Below are positions 26,213 to 39,172 of a stretch of 64,000 bases of DNA, in pieces (position 1 is the stretch's first letter; every line of letters begins with the position of its first letter). The position numbers and the translations under genes are program-made. Source of the DNA: Eledone cirrhosa (Eukaryota); the NCBI GenBank assembly GCA_964016885.1, contig OZ024742.1:33480001-33544000 (forward strand). Reading direction: 5' to 3'. The notes beneath the pieces are model-generated. The model was given only the letters and a program-made list of their open reading frames with translations. It had not been told where the DNA came from and ran no database searches.

Positions 26213-28590
26213 TGTGGCGACGTGGTTAGTCAGTCTAGTCACTACTTCTGATCAGATCCGAGAATAGCCCTTAGAAGGACTGTTATCGCATACGGTCTGA
26301 TCAGATCTGAAGATAGCCCTTAAAAGGATTGTTGTCGCATATAGCCCTTAAAAGAACTGTTGGGGATGGACAGACGAAAGCACAAGTTGAAAGGACGAAG
26401 CAAGGCGAGATGTAAATTCGATCAGCTATTTATTTCCACATGAAGCGACGATACGAGATACAAGGCGTGTGAGTGACAAAGCGTGGCAGAGTAAAGGAAC
26501 AACGATACGCTAGCTGACTCTGCCAAAAGTCGACTGGCGAAAGTGTTAGGAACCATTCTATTTATACAGGAACAATCCTTTGTTGTTTAGTCGATGTATA
26601 GGCGTTTATCCTGGTAGGTTCTTATTCTGGTAGGTTCTAATTCTGGTAGGTTCTAAGGGTTCTTTTGTTTCACGTTGAAGTAGCTAGCTAACAGGTAGAT
26701 GGCGCTGTATATTTCACAGCTGTTATTTCCGGTGGCTGTACATTAGCCCCTGCCAGTTCTTTTGTACAACAAAAGAGCGAAATATCGTATAGTAATGGGC
26801 CAGTGGTGCATTCGTCATGACAATAGCCCCAGGAGTGTCCAGCACGTTGTGAAATTTTGTGATAATCGAGTACAGGACAGAGTCGATGTAGAGATGATAT
26901 GGCAAGATGTGTGTGTCAGGAAGAGAAAAAAGAAATAAACTATAAAATGACTTTGACCAGATTTATGCAGGCGTGATGAATGAGCCTGTTGCAATTTCGG
27001 TTGAGCTGCCTGTGAATTGCGTGACAAAAAGTCTAACTGTGCAGTGAAGATAACCGTAATGTGTGAACTGAATGGCCGTAAGCATGCTGCCTAAAAGTAA
27101 CAGTTTGCTCCACAGCATATGACTTGAGCGAATGCATGTGGTAAAAAAATAGCGAGGCATTCTCGAGCTATTGAGTGAATGTGTGCGTGAAAAAAAAAGG
27201 CCAGTGTTTTGAGGATGCGATTTGTGAAATGCGTGATCAAAGAGAAAACATTTTGTAGTATAAGAGTTAGAGGGACACAAATATCTATTGCTCAGTGTAT
27301 GAACCAAAAGGTGAAACAAACGTGGTTTTGAAGTGTGCATGAAAAACAGGATATGTACACGCCTTGTATGTATATAAAAATTATGGTAATTACACAATCA
27401 ATGTTACAGAACATGAAAAATACAAATTTTGCAAAACAAGAGAGAGAAGAAAGAAAAAAATGTTATACACAATGATATACACAATGTTTGTTCTTAAATA
27501 GAGTTTGTAATAAATAATGTTCATAATAAATAATGTTCTTCGTGACATGAGCACATGGTCACTAAAAATTGCAATTGTTCAAGCAGAAAGTTCATTGTAT
27601 TTGAAACTGGAAATAGTAAACACAAGAAAAATGGAAATGTTTTGCACGAAGAATGATTAAGAAACTCACTTGAGGTTAACGGTAATTCACATATTGTGCC
27701 AACTTGGCGGGCCAATGGACGCGTCGTCTGCTTCTCGTGACTGGAGATGAAACAGGTGGCTCGCTGGGACAGCAATCTGTTGGAGTTTCTGGTGTAGAGA
27801 CTGTAACAGTATCCATGATGGCTTTTTTTTAATCTGTCCACGCTGACAGAATTCTGTTTACCATCTAGATCGAGAATAAAATATTTCGGATATTTTTTTA
27901 GAACACGATAAGGGCCAGGATATGGAGGTCGAAGATGAGCTGAGATGGTGTCGTTTCGCACGAAAACGTGTGTCCAATCATCAATGTCTGAAGGTACGTG
28001 TGTGGCCGTGTTCTGTTGACAGGTGTGTAGCAGGAGTTGCCTCCCTTGTTGTGACACTCACAACCCCAATAAACAGGAAGTAGAACCCTTTGTAACTTCC
28101 GGTCAGAACCCTATAAAACTAACAACGTTAAGCTCTCTATCTCTCAATTCGCCTTTTCGGTCAGGCGCCTCCTGGCTTTTGCCAGGAGTCTTCACTCAGG
28201 CGTGTGTAACCCTGGCAACCAAGCAGTAACTAATAACTTTGTTTCATTCTTTCATCTACTCATTGACATGTCAACTATACTGTTCTAAATATTCACAAAT
28301 TGTTTATAAAATATTATACACACAAACCATGTCTCCTTGTTACATTCATACACACTAGTATTTTGTTATAGGTGCTTGCAGGAGCAAGGTGAGACATATA
28401 TTGTCGAAGACGGTGCACGTATGATCCTGGGTCTGGAACATCCTGAGGAGAGATGGGAGCAACCATCTGACCAGGTAGAACCAGGGTGGTGCCGTACACT
28501 AATTCTGCAGGTGTGTGTCCGAATTCCTCTTTAACGGTGGATCGAATGCCCAGAAGGATGAGTGGTAGGTATTCAAACCAGTGGGTCTTG
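26213..28590 (-). mobile_element. Gypsy LTR retrotransposon remnant (integrase C-terminus, 3' UTR, 3' LTR ~26213-26742)
   Basis: WFEYLPLILLGIRST...TPAELVYGTTLVLPG...HVFVR...LRPPYPGPYRVL...VSVDRLK (GPY/F domain). PPT ctggcaggggctaa precedes a TG...CA LTR with TATA and AATAAA. Truncated at the start of unit B. Confidence 0.88.
28026..28370 (+). mobile_element. Solo LTR nested in the Gypsy integrase
   Basis: TGTAGCA...TGTTATA with GGTG TSD. Removing it restores the frame HLAPASTCQQNTATH. Confidence 0.88.
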
Positions 28591-28795
28591 TGAGAAAGAA
28601 GACATGCACTCTTAATTGCATACTACAACATTATTACATATCTCCATGTCATCTTTGAAATAAAATAACAAAAGCAATTATTTACAAATAATATTACACG
28701 TACACTGTTGACAATGACGTTCAGTGCAAGTCATCAATGGTTTTTTTTTAATGATATAATTTGTTTTATTCACAGTTGTATGAAAATGTAATAAT

Positions 28796-28914
28796 TGTTT
28801 CTACTTTAGGCACAAGGCCAGCAATTACCCAGTGCATTACTGGTACTTTATTTTATCTACCCCGTAAGGATGAAAGGCAAAGTCAACCTCGGCGGGATTT
28901 GAACTCAGATCGTA
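28796..28914 (-). mobile_element. 5'-truncated SINE, specific to unit B
   Basis: 16-bp TSD atgaaaatgtaataat. Empty site at ~13310. Confidence 0.9.
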
Positions 28915-30217
28915 ATGAAAATGTAATAATATAACGTTTACAGAACAAAGGCACAAACAAATATAATATATACAAAAGAAAGGGAAAGGAAGAAAGAAAG
29001 AGAAAGCAGGAAATACACACATCTAGGATCACATACACTGGCAGGCAAAAGGGGATGGACAACCGAGACGCTACCAGAGCAAAAGATAACAACATTACTA
29101 GGAGCACTAAGAAACCTCTAATAATTATTGCCTAAAAAATTATAATTTTTTAGGCAAACCAGCATGCTCACAGCATTACCTCGGGTGATGGCGAGGCTGA
29201 TGCTCTGGAACAACCAAGCGCCCTCATGAGCATCACCAGTTACTTCTGTTAGGTGGGCTGCCAGTGAAGATAAGAATCTCACAGTCAGTAGTTCAACTTC
29301 CCCAAACGTCTCAACTGCCACAGGCTGGAAAATGTAGTTGGGCAACAGATCACGGTATTTGCTGCAGATGCTGTAGCTCTCACCCTTACTGCCGCATCCA
29401 GGATGTGTGAAGAAGCAAAAACTGTCACAACCGAGATAAGGCATCTGCCTTTTGATCAGGGACACAGGGCAAGAACGTCAGTTCTTTTCCCATTAATTCT
29501 GGACAACCCAGATGGTTCCAAGATTGAGGGGATGTTTGCCTGGGCCAAAGCTCTCTTGAAGATGAGGTTTAGCTCTGTGTAACGCACGAGGTGACTGGCA
29601 TTCAGGTGGCAAGAGTGACTGTGAAGTTGAGGAGTTTGCCACATCGAGACCTCAAACCCATACAGACGTCGGCTCCCACTCTGAGGGCAATGGAGATGTG
29701 AAGCTTGTCCAAGCTGAGTAGGTCACCAATGTTAGCCACGGGTAGGGCATCAACCCAGTCACCTGAGTATTAACTTGGTCATACCCTGTTCATCTGTGGG
29801 GAAACTCTGAACACCATATGTGTTTCTCTTGGCTATACCTTGGCTTTTTAGTAGCCTACCTGGATTTGTTTTTCCTTTTTGGAGTCTTTTAAGAGGGAGT
29901 GTCTTTTGGGGTTGACTAATTCCTTGCTAGTGGAATTTAATAAATAGAGACTGCAGAAGCCTATTGTGTGAGTATGTGTGTTTATGCTTGTGGCTGTGTC
30001 TTGTAAAGTAATAGTTCAACAAAAAGAGATCAATAAAATAAGTACCAGGCTTGAGAAATAAGTACTGGGGTCAGCATTATTGACTAAAAGAGTAAAAGGC
30101 AGTGTCCCAGTATAGCCAGTCTGATGACTGAAACCAGTAGAAGAAGAATAGAACTTGTTTTTTTTGCTGTTGTTGATCAATTTTTTTTAATGTATTTTAT
30201 TTGATAGATCTGTTACT

Positions 30218-30305
30218 ATGTTGAAATCAGTCATCTTCCGTGGAAAGACAGCAGGAATTCATGGTTTATGGAATTATGGAGTGATAAAACCAATGATATA
30301 TAATG
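30218..30305 (+). CDS. ECHDC1: Ethylmalonyl-CoA decarboxylase copy 2, coding exon 1
   Basis: Identical to 14613-14700, including splice sites. Confidence 0.68.
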
Positions 30306-31405
30306 GTATCAAATATCAACAATACTTCATTTATTGTATGTGTATGTGTGTGTTGAGCTTCCAGTGCCAGATGTTTCAGTTGTTTGATCAATAAAGTAGC
30401 CTACTCATGAAATTAATGTACAAATGACAGAGCATTCCACAGATTCAGAAAGACACACTGTGTGACATGGCTGGCTCTTTGAATTCCAAGTACAATTCAT
30501 TTTCTCCAGCTGAGTGGACTAGAGCAATGTGAAATAAAGTGTCTAGCTGAAGGACACTATGTACTGCCAGAAATAGAACTCATGATCGTTAGTTGAACAC
30601 TCTAATCACATATTTTCATATTGATTACACCTACTGTATATATTCAAATATATCTTATATCATTTTCCATGAATAGTCTAACCCATGTTAGAGTGGAAGA
30701 TGGACGTTAAACGATGATGATGATGATGATGCAATGTGAAAAGCTAGCATGCGACTTATCTACTGCACCTACAAAACCCAATTAAATATATGGCAGACTG
30801 TAAATGTACATAAAAGGAAGATGTGACTTGTGCATGAGGATACACAGCATAAATATATTATAATGTATATATATTATAATAAATGCTCGGATTTATTCCT
30901 TAGAATCTTTCTTTGAGCTTCTTATACAGATGATATTGCACATGTTTGAGATTTTCTCAAACATGACATCTATACTTTTGAATGTAATATATATATATAG
31001 TCATGGGCATCTCATCTTTTTCTCTGGCATTGTTGTACCAAATGATATCATGATGGTTGGATGTTCAGCATCCTGAGATCAGCTTTCAGGACTTCTGCCC
31101 ATATCTACTTCTTTCATTAGGATTTCTATTCTCTTAGATAACTCTGTGAATATATATATGTATAGGAGTAGGCATTGCCTTGTTAAGTAGTTTTCTTTGC
31201 AATTATGTGATTCCAGATTCTCGGTACTCTGGCCAGTCTCTTCTAATACAACCTTGAGTGTGTCCAAAAAAATGTGCAGAAGACTGTCAGAGACCTTAAA
31301 AATGGTATGGGGAGGAGTCGTGGGTGTTATCCGGCCCTCTCTGACTATGTCATATAAATTTATAAATGTGTGCATATTTTGAAATCTTTTTAATTTGGTT
31401 TATAG

Positions 31406-31561
31406 GCTGCCATCACCTGTTTGAATCAGATTCTATCCCTGAAAATATTAGAATTAAATTTTCAAAATTGAGTGGAGGGTCAGTTGATTTGACAAAAGAT
31501 GAACACTCTGGGATTGCCCAAATTACTTTGAATCAGCCCCACCATAAAAATGCTTTTACAG
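31406..31561 (+). CDS. ECHDC1: Ethylmalonyl-CoA decarboxylase copy 2, coding exon 2
   Basis: Same as copy 1 except it ends KNAFT-G rather than KNALS-G. AG/GTGAGT intact. Confidence 0.88.
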
Positions 31562-34500
31562 GTGAGTGGATAAACTATCACTTTGCTTTTATCAATACAA
31601 ATGAAATTCAGGTATATCACTATTTTTTGACACTCTTAGTTCTAGACCCATGCCAGATTATTTCTCCTGCCGGACTGAATAATAGTTCACTACAGGCAAA
31701 GGCCTTGTTTCAGGGAGGTAGCAGGGAACCAGTCCCCACCTCTTTTTCAAACGTCTATATTTTATTTTTTGTCTATTTGATATAATAAATTCTTTTTAAG
31801 CTTATTTTTTTATATCTGAACTTCATTTGAATATATAAAATTTAATTAGCGTAAAATTTTGCTTATGTGATAGGGTCCCAGAAAGGCACCATAAGCAATA
31901 CTAACATGCTCCTTTAAGAATCAACAAATGTTGGTTTGTCCCCCTCACATTTTTAAGGTAAACGAGGCCCCTGACTACAGGTATACTATGATGTTGAAAA
32001 CGTTCTCCCTGCTCTGCAACTATTATATGAACGCGTAAATGTTTAAAACTAAATCATATACCACACGCTAACTGCTGAATGTAAATTAACTAGTCTGTTG
32101 GGTTGCAGAATAACATCTGCTCATAATCATGTCTAAATTAAAAGATGTGCCAGGTCATCAGCTGCTGGGAAATCAGAGAGCGTGAATCGAGAAATATGTA
32201 CCTAGAGAGAAAAGGAACATCATTTGTTTAGAGAGAAAGAGAGAGAGAATGTGTGTGACAGAAAGAGGGAAAAGATAAGATCACTCTCATCTAGTAACAA
32301 TAATAATGATTTCTACTATAGGCACCAAGCCAGCAATTTTGGAGGAAGGGAAAGTCTATTAAATTGACTCCAGTGCATTACTGGTATTTTATTTTATTGA
32401 TCCTGTAAGGAGGAAAGGCAAAGCTAACCTTGGCGAGATTTGAACTCAGAATGTAACTTTATACCTCACAGCACGTTGTCCCACGCTCTACTTATTTTGT
32501 CAATCAACCAATAATAATGATGATTTATAACTTAGGCTCAAAGCCACATATTTATAAGGGAGAAAACTGTCTATTTCATCAATCCAGTATTTGACTGGTA
32601 TTTATTTTTGAGCTGAACAGAGTTAACTCCAATGGAGTTTGAATTCAGAACATAAAAAGATGTATTTAAATATTGCAAAGCACTTAATCCAGCAATAGAT
32701 TATGTGCTTTACAATAGATTGTGTTTAATCTATTACTAACCTTTAAGCCATATAATTTCGACATTATAAGTATGATTGTGAAACATAAAAAGAACAACAG
32801 GTTTATTTTGGAGTGGCAGATAGTTGATTTCTTTCAACTCTTCTTTAATAACCTCAGAAAGTCTAAATGGTACTTCCCCTAAAATTATAAACTTTTTGTT
32901 TCTTGTGAAAAGAAAAACCAGTCTATTCTTCTGTAATATATTTGGTGGTGGCTTCGCTGAGATGTGGGATCAAGAGGAAGCAAGTATTGTTTGCATGGGT
33001 CTGGCGTTTCAATGTGGGGTCAAGAAGGAAGCTGGGCAACCATTGATCTCCAACATCCTGTGGAAGTGTCTAAAATGGGTGGCTCTATTCGTAATGTCGC
33101 TGCATCGGTTGCATATGTGAGCCATTTTGTTAAAGATGTACCCTCTTTTAGAGCTGTTGGGGAGGGCAGATTTGTAGTGGACAAACAGGTCCTTGCTGGC
33201 TGCTTTGAGGTAGAAATCTGTGTGGATTTGACTGCTTTCAGAGATGCTTGCTGAAAGATTAAAAAATCCTGTTGCCATTCTCCTTGGAGGATGTGAGGAT
33301 GAGCATATCGTCCATATATCTAGTGAAAAAAGCACAGGTATTGCAGAAGTTGAGTACTCGGCATTCAAGTCTGTTCATGTAGAAAATGGCCAGTAAACCT
33401 GACAGGCTGGATCCCATGGGAAGTCCAGAAGTCTGTTGGTAGGTTTAGCCCAGGAAGCTGAAGAAGGCGTTGTTGACAATGATGGATAGGAGCTACTGGA
33501 TGTCAGTGGTGGTGAGGCCGAAACAATCCAGGTTGTTGGAACTGACACATTCAATGAGTATGTCCACAGCCGGGAGTGCAGGTACCAATGTTTAGAGGGA
33601 TACTATGTCTAGGCTGAAGGCACACCTGTTGAATTTGAGGGTGTTAGGTTCAAGTTGGTTGAATCACTGGATGACTTCATTCAAGCTGTAGATGTGGCCT
33701 GTGAAGGTTGTCAACATGTATATAAATATATATATATATACTGTATATATATATATATCATCACTGTTTAACATCCATTTTTCTATGCTAGCATGGGTTG
33801 GATGAGCTGTCATATTGTGGGCAATGCCAGTTCAGGTGACCATACAGAACTTTTGGCTTCGTTTCTACAGTTGGATGCCCTTCCTAATGCCAGCTTCATT
33901 TACAGTGTGGACTGGGTGCTTTTTGCCGTGTCGCCATCAAAACCACTTTATAGTGTGGGCTGGGTGCTTTTTGCCGTGTCGCCATCATGACCACTTTATA
34001 GTGTGGGCTGGGTGCTTTTTGCTGTGTCGCCATCACGACCACTTTATAGTGTGGGCTGCATGCTTTTTGCCATGTCGCCATCACGACCACTTTATAGTGT
34101 GGGCTGCATGCTTTTTGCCGTGTCGCCATCACGACCATTTTATAGTGTGGGCTGGAAGCTTCACTGCATGCATACTTCAGCCTGTCCTCATGAGAGATGT
34201 ATGGGGGTGGGTGATGTGGCATGGTGCATGCTATATATATATGCTTCAGCTTCAGCCTGTGGGAAGTTGGGTTTTCTGTATTTCTGTGTAATTGTCTCTG
34301 AAAATCAATTAAAGTTGTTTATTATTTTTCCAATTTACAGGGAAATTCGTATTTTCTGACATGTTTACAAACCTACATATTAAATATGTATATATTTATA
34401 TACACATTCGTTCAGTCTCAGTTACCCACTCTATATGAATACAGATATAATTTTATTTACACTTCAGCTGCTAGCACACTTCTTTATATATATATATATT

Positions 34501-35273
34501 GACAGTAGCACTAGTAAAATGTTTAAGCATTATGGTGGTGTATATGAGAGCAGGTACTATATATATACTGTAAACATATGAGAGCCTTACTATGAAAGAA
34601 TTTTTTTTTGTAACGAAAAATGATTTATCTCTATTTTTCTCTGTAAACACATCATAGATTTGCCAGTAGCCATCAAGAATGCCAGATAGTGCTGTTTCAA
34701 GATTCGTTAATCTTCCACCAGTGACATTCACTCAACCAGTACTCACACACAGTATATGTTTTCACATACAGCCCAATTATATATATATACAGTTGTCCCC
34801 TGGTATTCGCGGGGTTACGTTCGTAGAGCACCCACAAAGAGTGAAAAACTGCGAATATTGGATGTGATCCATAAAAATGCCTATAAACGTCAAAATATAA
34901 TGTAAAATATAATAAAAAAAGAGGGAGCATCTTATGTGAAAGGGCATCCAATAGGCTGGCAAATATGGTATATTGCTATTAACAATTTAGTGTTAAAAAA
35001 TTTATATCTTGCCACGAAAAAAATCGTGCAAGTTATTTACAATTCTGCAAATATGCAGTGGTTTCCACAAACAATTATTAGTTGGGTTCTAAGGAAAATT
35101 CTACAAATAACCGGCACCGCGAATGCCGGAGATACACTGTATAAATCAAACAATTGACTGATGCTAAATATTATAATAGGTAAAAGATTCTGTTAATGAT
35201 TGCTGTCTCCTTAATAATTCACAAATATTTTAGGGAAACAAAAGATGTTTTATTTGTTTGTTTTTTCTTTTAG

Positions 35274-35947
35274 GAAAGATGATGTTAGACCTTTTTGACA
35301 TCATTAATGAATTAGAAAACTGGAAATCTGGTAAAGGAGTGCTGCTAGCTGGTGCTGCAAATACTTTCTGTTCTGGTGGGGATTTAAAGACAGTTGCAAT
35401 GATTGCTGATTGGGGTGAAGAAATGTCATCTATGATGCAAAAGGCTCTCACTAAATTTAGTAGACTTCCAATTATTAGTGTAGCATTAATTGAAGGACTT
35501 GCTTTAGGAGGTGGTGCTGAGCTAACCACTGCTTGTGACTTTCGAATTATGTCAAAGAATGCAAAGATTGGATTCGTTCAAGTTCACATGGGTGTGGTAA
35601 GTGGATGGGGTGGAGGTACCCGATTAGTCAAACTTGTTGGGCCCACTTCTGCATTAGATTTATTCAGCACTGGGAAGGTAATTAATTCCACAACTGCATT
35701 GGAAATTGGTCTTGTTAACCATATTGTTGAAGAAGGTGAAAATGTCATGGAAACAGCTATGGAATGGTTAAGTAAGAGATGTCATGGCCATGTTTCTGTT
35801 ACAAGATCAATCAAATCAATGGTGAGCTATGCTGATACAGAACAACTTCAGTCGTCTTTAAATCATGAAAGGAAACTGTTTTCAAATCTATGGGGAGGCC
35901 CATTATTCCTCGAAGCTCTAAAGAAAAATATAAAACATAAATCCTAA
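35274..35947 (+). CDS. ECHDC1: Ethylmalonyl-CoA decarboxylase copy 2, last coding exon
   Basis: Intact ORF, with DTEQL in place of DTEHL in copy 1. Confidence 0.9.
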
Positions 35948-36104
35948 TGATATTTTTTTAAATGTTCATTGATTTTCATTTTTATTTAATTTATTATTTC
36001 TGAATGGACATTTTAAGAGAGAGACGATTTCATATATAGAAGGGAAACTGTTACAAAGAATTTTGCACAGCAGATAATGTATATATGTAGTTGTTTCTTG
36101 GTAT

Positions 36105-36513
36105 TGTAGCAAGATTTGCCTGCCTTGTTACGATTACATCACCAGTAGCGCTCTCTAGACAGGAAGTAGCTGGAGTTACTTCCCGTTGAGGTTGCAGAGC
36201 CTTCTTTGTCACTTCCTGGGACTTCCTTTGTCACTTCCTGGGACCCTATAAAGGAGACAGCTTTCAGCTGTCTCCCTCTCTTTTAACCTGCCTGGCCCCT
36301 CGACCAGGCGCGTTCGCCGAGGCTATACTCTCTGGCAACCTGAACATGGTAATGTAAAGACCTCTTGTTCTAATGTGCGCTGACCAGTCAAAACGGTAAT
36401 ACAACTAACTTTAATTCATTCTTTCACCTCTCTTGGCATGTCAACTATTCTGCTCTACATAGCTCAATCTTGTTAAATAAACATCGTACATACAACCCAG
36501 TGTCCCTGTTATA
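36105..36513 (+). mobile_element. Solo LTR, specific to unit B, downstream of the ECHDC1 copy 2 stop codon
   Basis: TGTAGCA...TGTTATA with GTAT TSD. Empty site at ~21043 in unit A. Contains TATAAAA and AATAAA. Confidence 0.9.
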
Positions 36514-36584
36514 GTATGAAATTGTGTTGAAATATATTGTATTTTGGGAGGGTTTTACTACCAACTCCTCACCTACCAAAGTCC

Positions 36585-36890
36585 CAAGCCCACACTGTAG
36601 TGTGGTCTTGATGGCAACATGACAAAAAGCTCCCAGCCCACACTGTAAAGTGGTCATGTAGGTGTCATGACAAAAAGCACCAAGTCCACACTGTAAAGTG
36701 GTCATATAGGTGTCACGAGAAAAAGCACCAAGTCCACACTGTAAAGTGGTCATGTAGGTGTCATGACAAAAAAGCACCCAGGTCACACTGTAAAGTGGTC
36801 ATGTAGATGTCATGACAAAAAGCACCCAGTCCACACTGTAAAGTGGTCATGTAGGTGTCACGAGAAAAAGCACCCTGTAGTCACTGTAAA
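36585..36890 (+). repeat. ~42-bp minisatellite in an RTE-tail-derived repeat (also 21120-21323, 18890-19095, 33900-34153)
   Basis: Unit ccagtccacactgtaaagtggtcatgtaggtgtcatgacaaaaagcac-like. Copy number differs between units A and B. Confidence 0.85.
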
Positions 36891-38354
36891 TGTGGTTGGC
36901 TTTAGGAAGGACATCCAGCTGTAGAAATGAAGCCAAAATCTGTTCTGTATGAGCAAGACATGGTCACCTGACTCAGCATTTCTCACAACAGAACAAATTG
37001 TCTAACCCATGCTAGTGTGGAAAAATGGACGTTAAATGGAGATGATGGTGATGATGCTGATTTCATTTCACTTCAGTTATATCTATCAATTAGTTCCTAA
37101 GTCAGTTGATTAAATATAATCAATGCATCTGTTTTAAATTGGCATTATGATCCTACCAAAGTACATTCATATTGAAAATTGTCTTTTATGTCTATCCCAG
37201 TAACATCGTCATCATTTTTTAACATCGTTAACATCTATTTTTCCACATTTGCATGGGTTAGACACACACACACACACATATATGAGGTGATAAAGCTGAC
37301 CTTGCACAATTGCACCTTTCAACGGTGATGATACAGGACCAAGATCTCTGGCGTTATGCAGTAATACAGAAGACCCACTTTCCCATGAGCACAGGCTGAA
37401 GCATATATCTAGTATGCACCACCTTCACCTCCATCCCCCATCCATACACCGCCCACGTCCTACCACACCGTCTTTCTCACGTCCATATACCCACCTCCTC
37501 AATCCCCACACACCTCTCCCACCAAAGTCCCCAGTCCACACTGTATAGTGTTTGTGATGGTAACACAACAAAAAGCACCCAGTCCACACAGTAATGTGGT
37601 CATGTAGGTGTCACAACAAAAAGCACCCAGCCCACACTAGATGTGGTTGGCATTAGGAAGAGCATCCAGCTGTAGAAACCAAACCCAAATCAGTTTTGTT
37701 TGAACAAGACATTGTCACTTGACCTGGCCTATCTCACAATGGGACAACTCGTCTAACCCATGCTAGTGTTGAATAATGGATGTTAAATGGTGATGATAAT
37801 GATATTTGAAAATTGAATTGAATTGAGTTAATTAGCAGCTTTTATTGGATCTTTTCACTAATAACGAGGCATAAAAAAGGATAAAGATCCGCTAATCCTT
37901 GTGGAGTCGTAGAGGTGCCGTCAAATGGCATGTCTAGGGCACTTTTAAACCTGGTGGAGCCCAACCTTCTCCAGGTCTGAACACTGCCAATTTTTTTCTA
38001 TAGAGGAAGAATCGACTTCAGTAGTGGACTGGTACTTTTTTTTATCAACCTCGAAAGGATGAAAGGCAAAGTTGACCCCAATGGGATTTGAACTCAGAGT
38101 GTGCAGTGAGGTGGGATGAGTAAGCGTTCTATCCGAGGTCTTAACAACTCTGCCAATTCACCGCCTATAACAGAAAAAATGGGTATCCATTCTTTTTCTG
38201 CTATGTGGGCTTTATTAACTATTTTCTGTCATAAAAATTAGGGGGAAAGCTGCTGATTCAATTCAATTTTCAAATTCCAATCCCCACTGTCTTCTAAACA
38301 ACATGTGATTTGTTTAAACACAGACATACACTCATGCATGTGTGCATGTGTGTG

Positions 38355-39172
38355 TATAGCGAGATCTGTCCATGCCTTGAACCTTGGGTGACACCTAAAG
38401 GTCAAACTCTAGGTCATCACCCTCTTGGTGTGAAGAGGTTCATGCGTGGGCTATCCCCTAAAGGTGGGAGACAGAAAGTGACAGGTATATAAAGCCTATA
38501 TTTTCCCACCACAGAAACAGAGATCGGAGCACCACGATACAGACCAGCCATGTGAAAGATTCACCGCTATCTTCAGGCCCCAGAGGTCTACAGACATACA
38601 GAGCGATCGGAGCAGTACGCTATTACAAGCTATGTGAAAGATTCACCGCTACCTTCAGGCCCCAGAGGTCTACAGACATACAGAGCAATCGGAGCAGTAC
38701 GCTATTACAAGCTATGTGAAAGATTCACCGCTACCTTCAGGCCCCAGAGGTCTACAGACATACAGAGCAATCGGAGCAGTACGCAATTACAAGCTATGTG
38801 AAAGATTCACCGCTACCTTCAGGCCCCAGAGGTCTACAGACATACAGAGCAATCGGAGCAGTACGCTATTACAAGCTATGTGAAAGATTCACCGCTATCT
38901 ACAGGCCACAGTGGTCTACAGTCAACTATAGACCATTCAGAGGTCTACATACCATTACTCTCTCTCTCTCTTGGTCTCAGACTACACCAGCCTCATGAAC
39001 CAACAACAAAATAACATTGTCAACCTTCGCAACTAATGGTAATATTTTATTGTTCTTTTTGACTGAAGTGAAGTAAACCTTTATATATAAACTAAATCAG
39101 CCATTCTTGTTATTACATTAACAACCATGTTATAATCATTCTAATAACAACTACTAATACCTCTTCGTTAAA
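38355..39172 (+). mobile_element. Solo-LTR-like insertion with an internal 82-bp tandem array, specific to unit B
   Basis: Absent at ~22700 in unit A. TGTG flanks, TATATAAA at ~38486, repeat units starting at 38551, 38633, 38715, 38797 and 38879. The 3' part resembles window positions 1-112. Confidence 0.75.

Noticed and set aside
38551-38930. Possible CRISPR-like array
   Set aside because: Units are wholly repeated with no unique spacers, the context is eukaryotic, and there are no cas genes.
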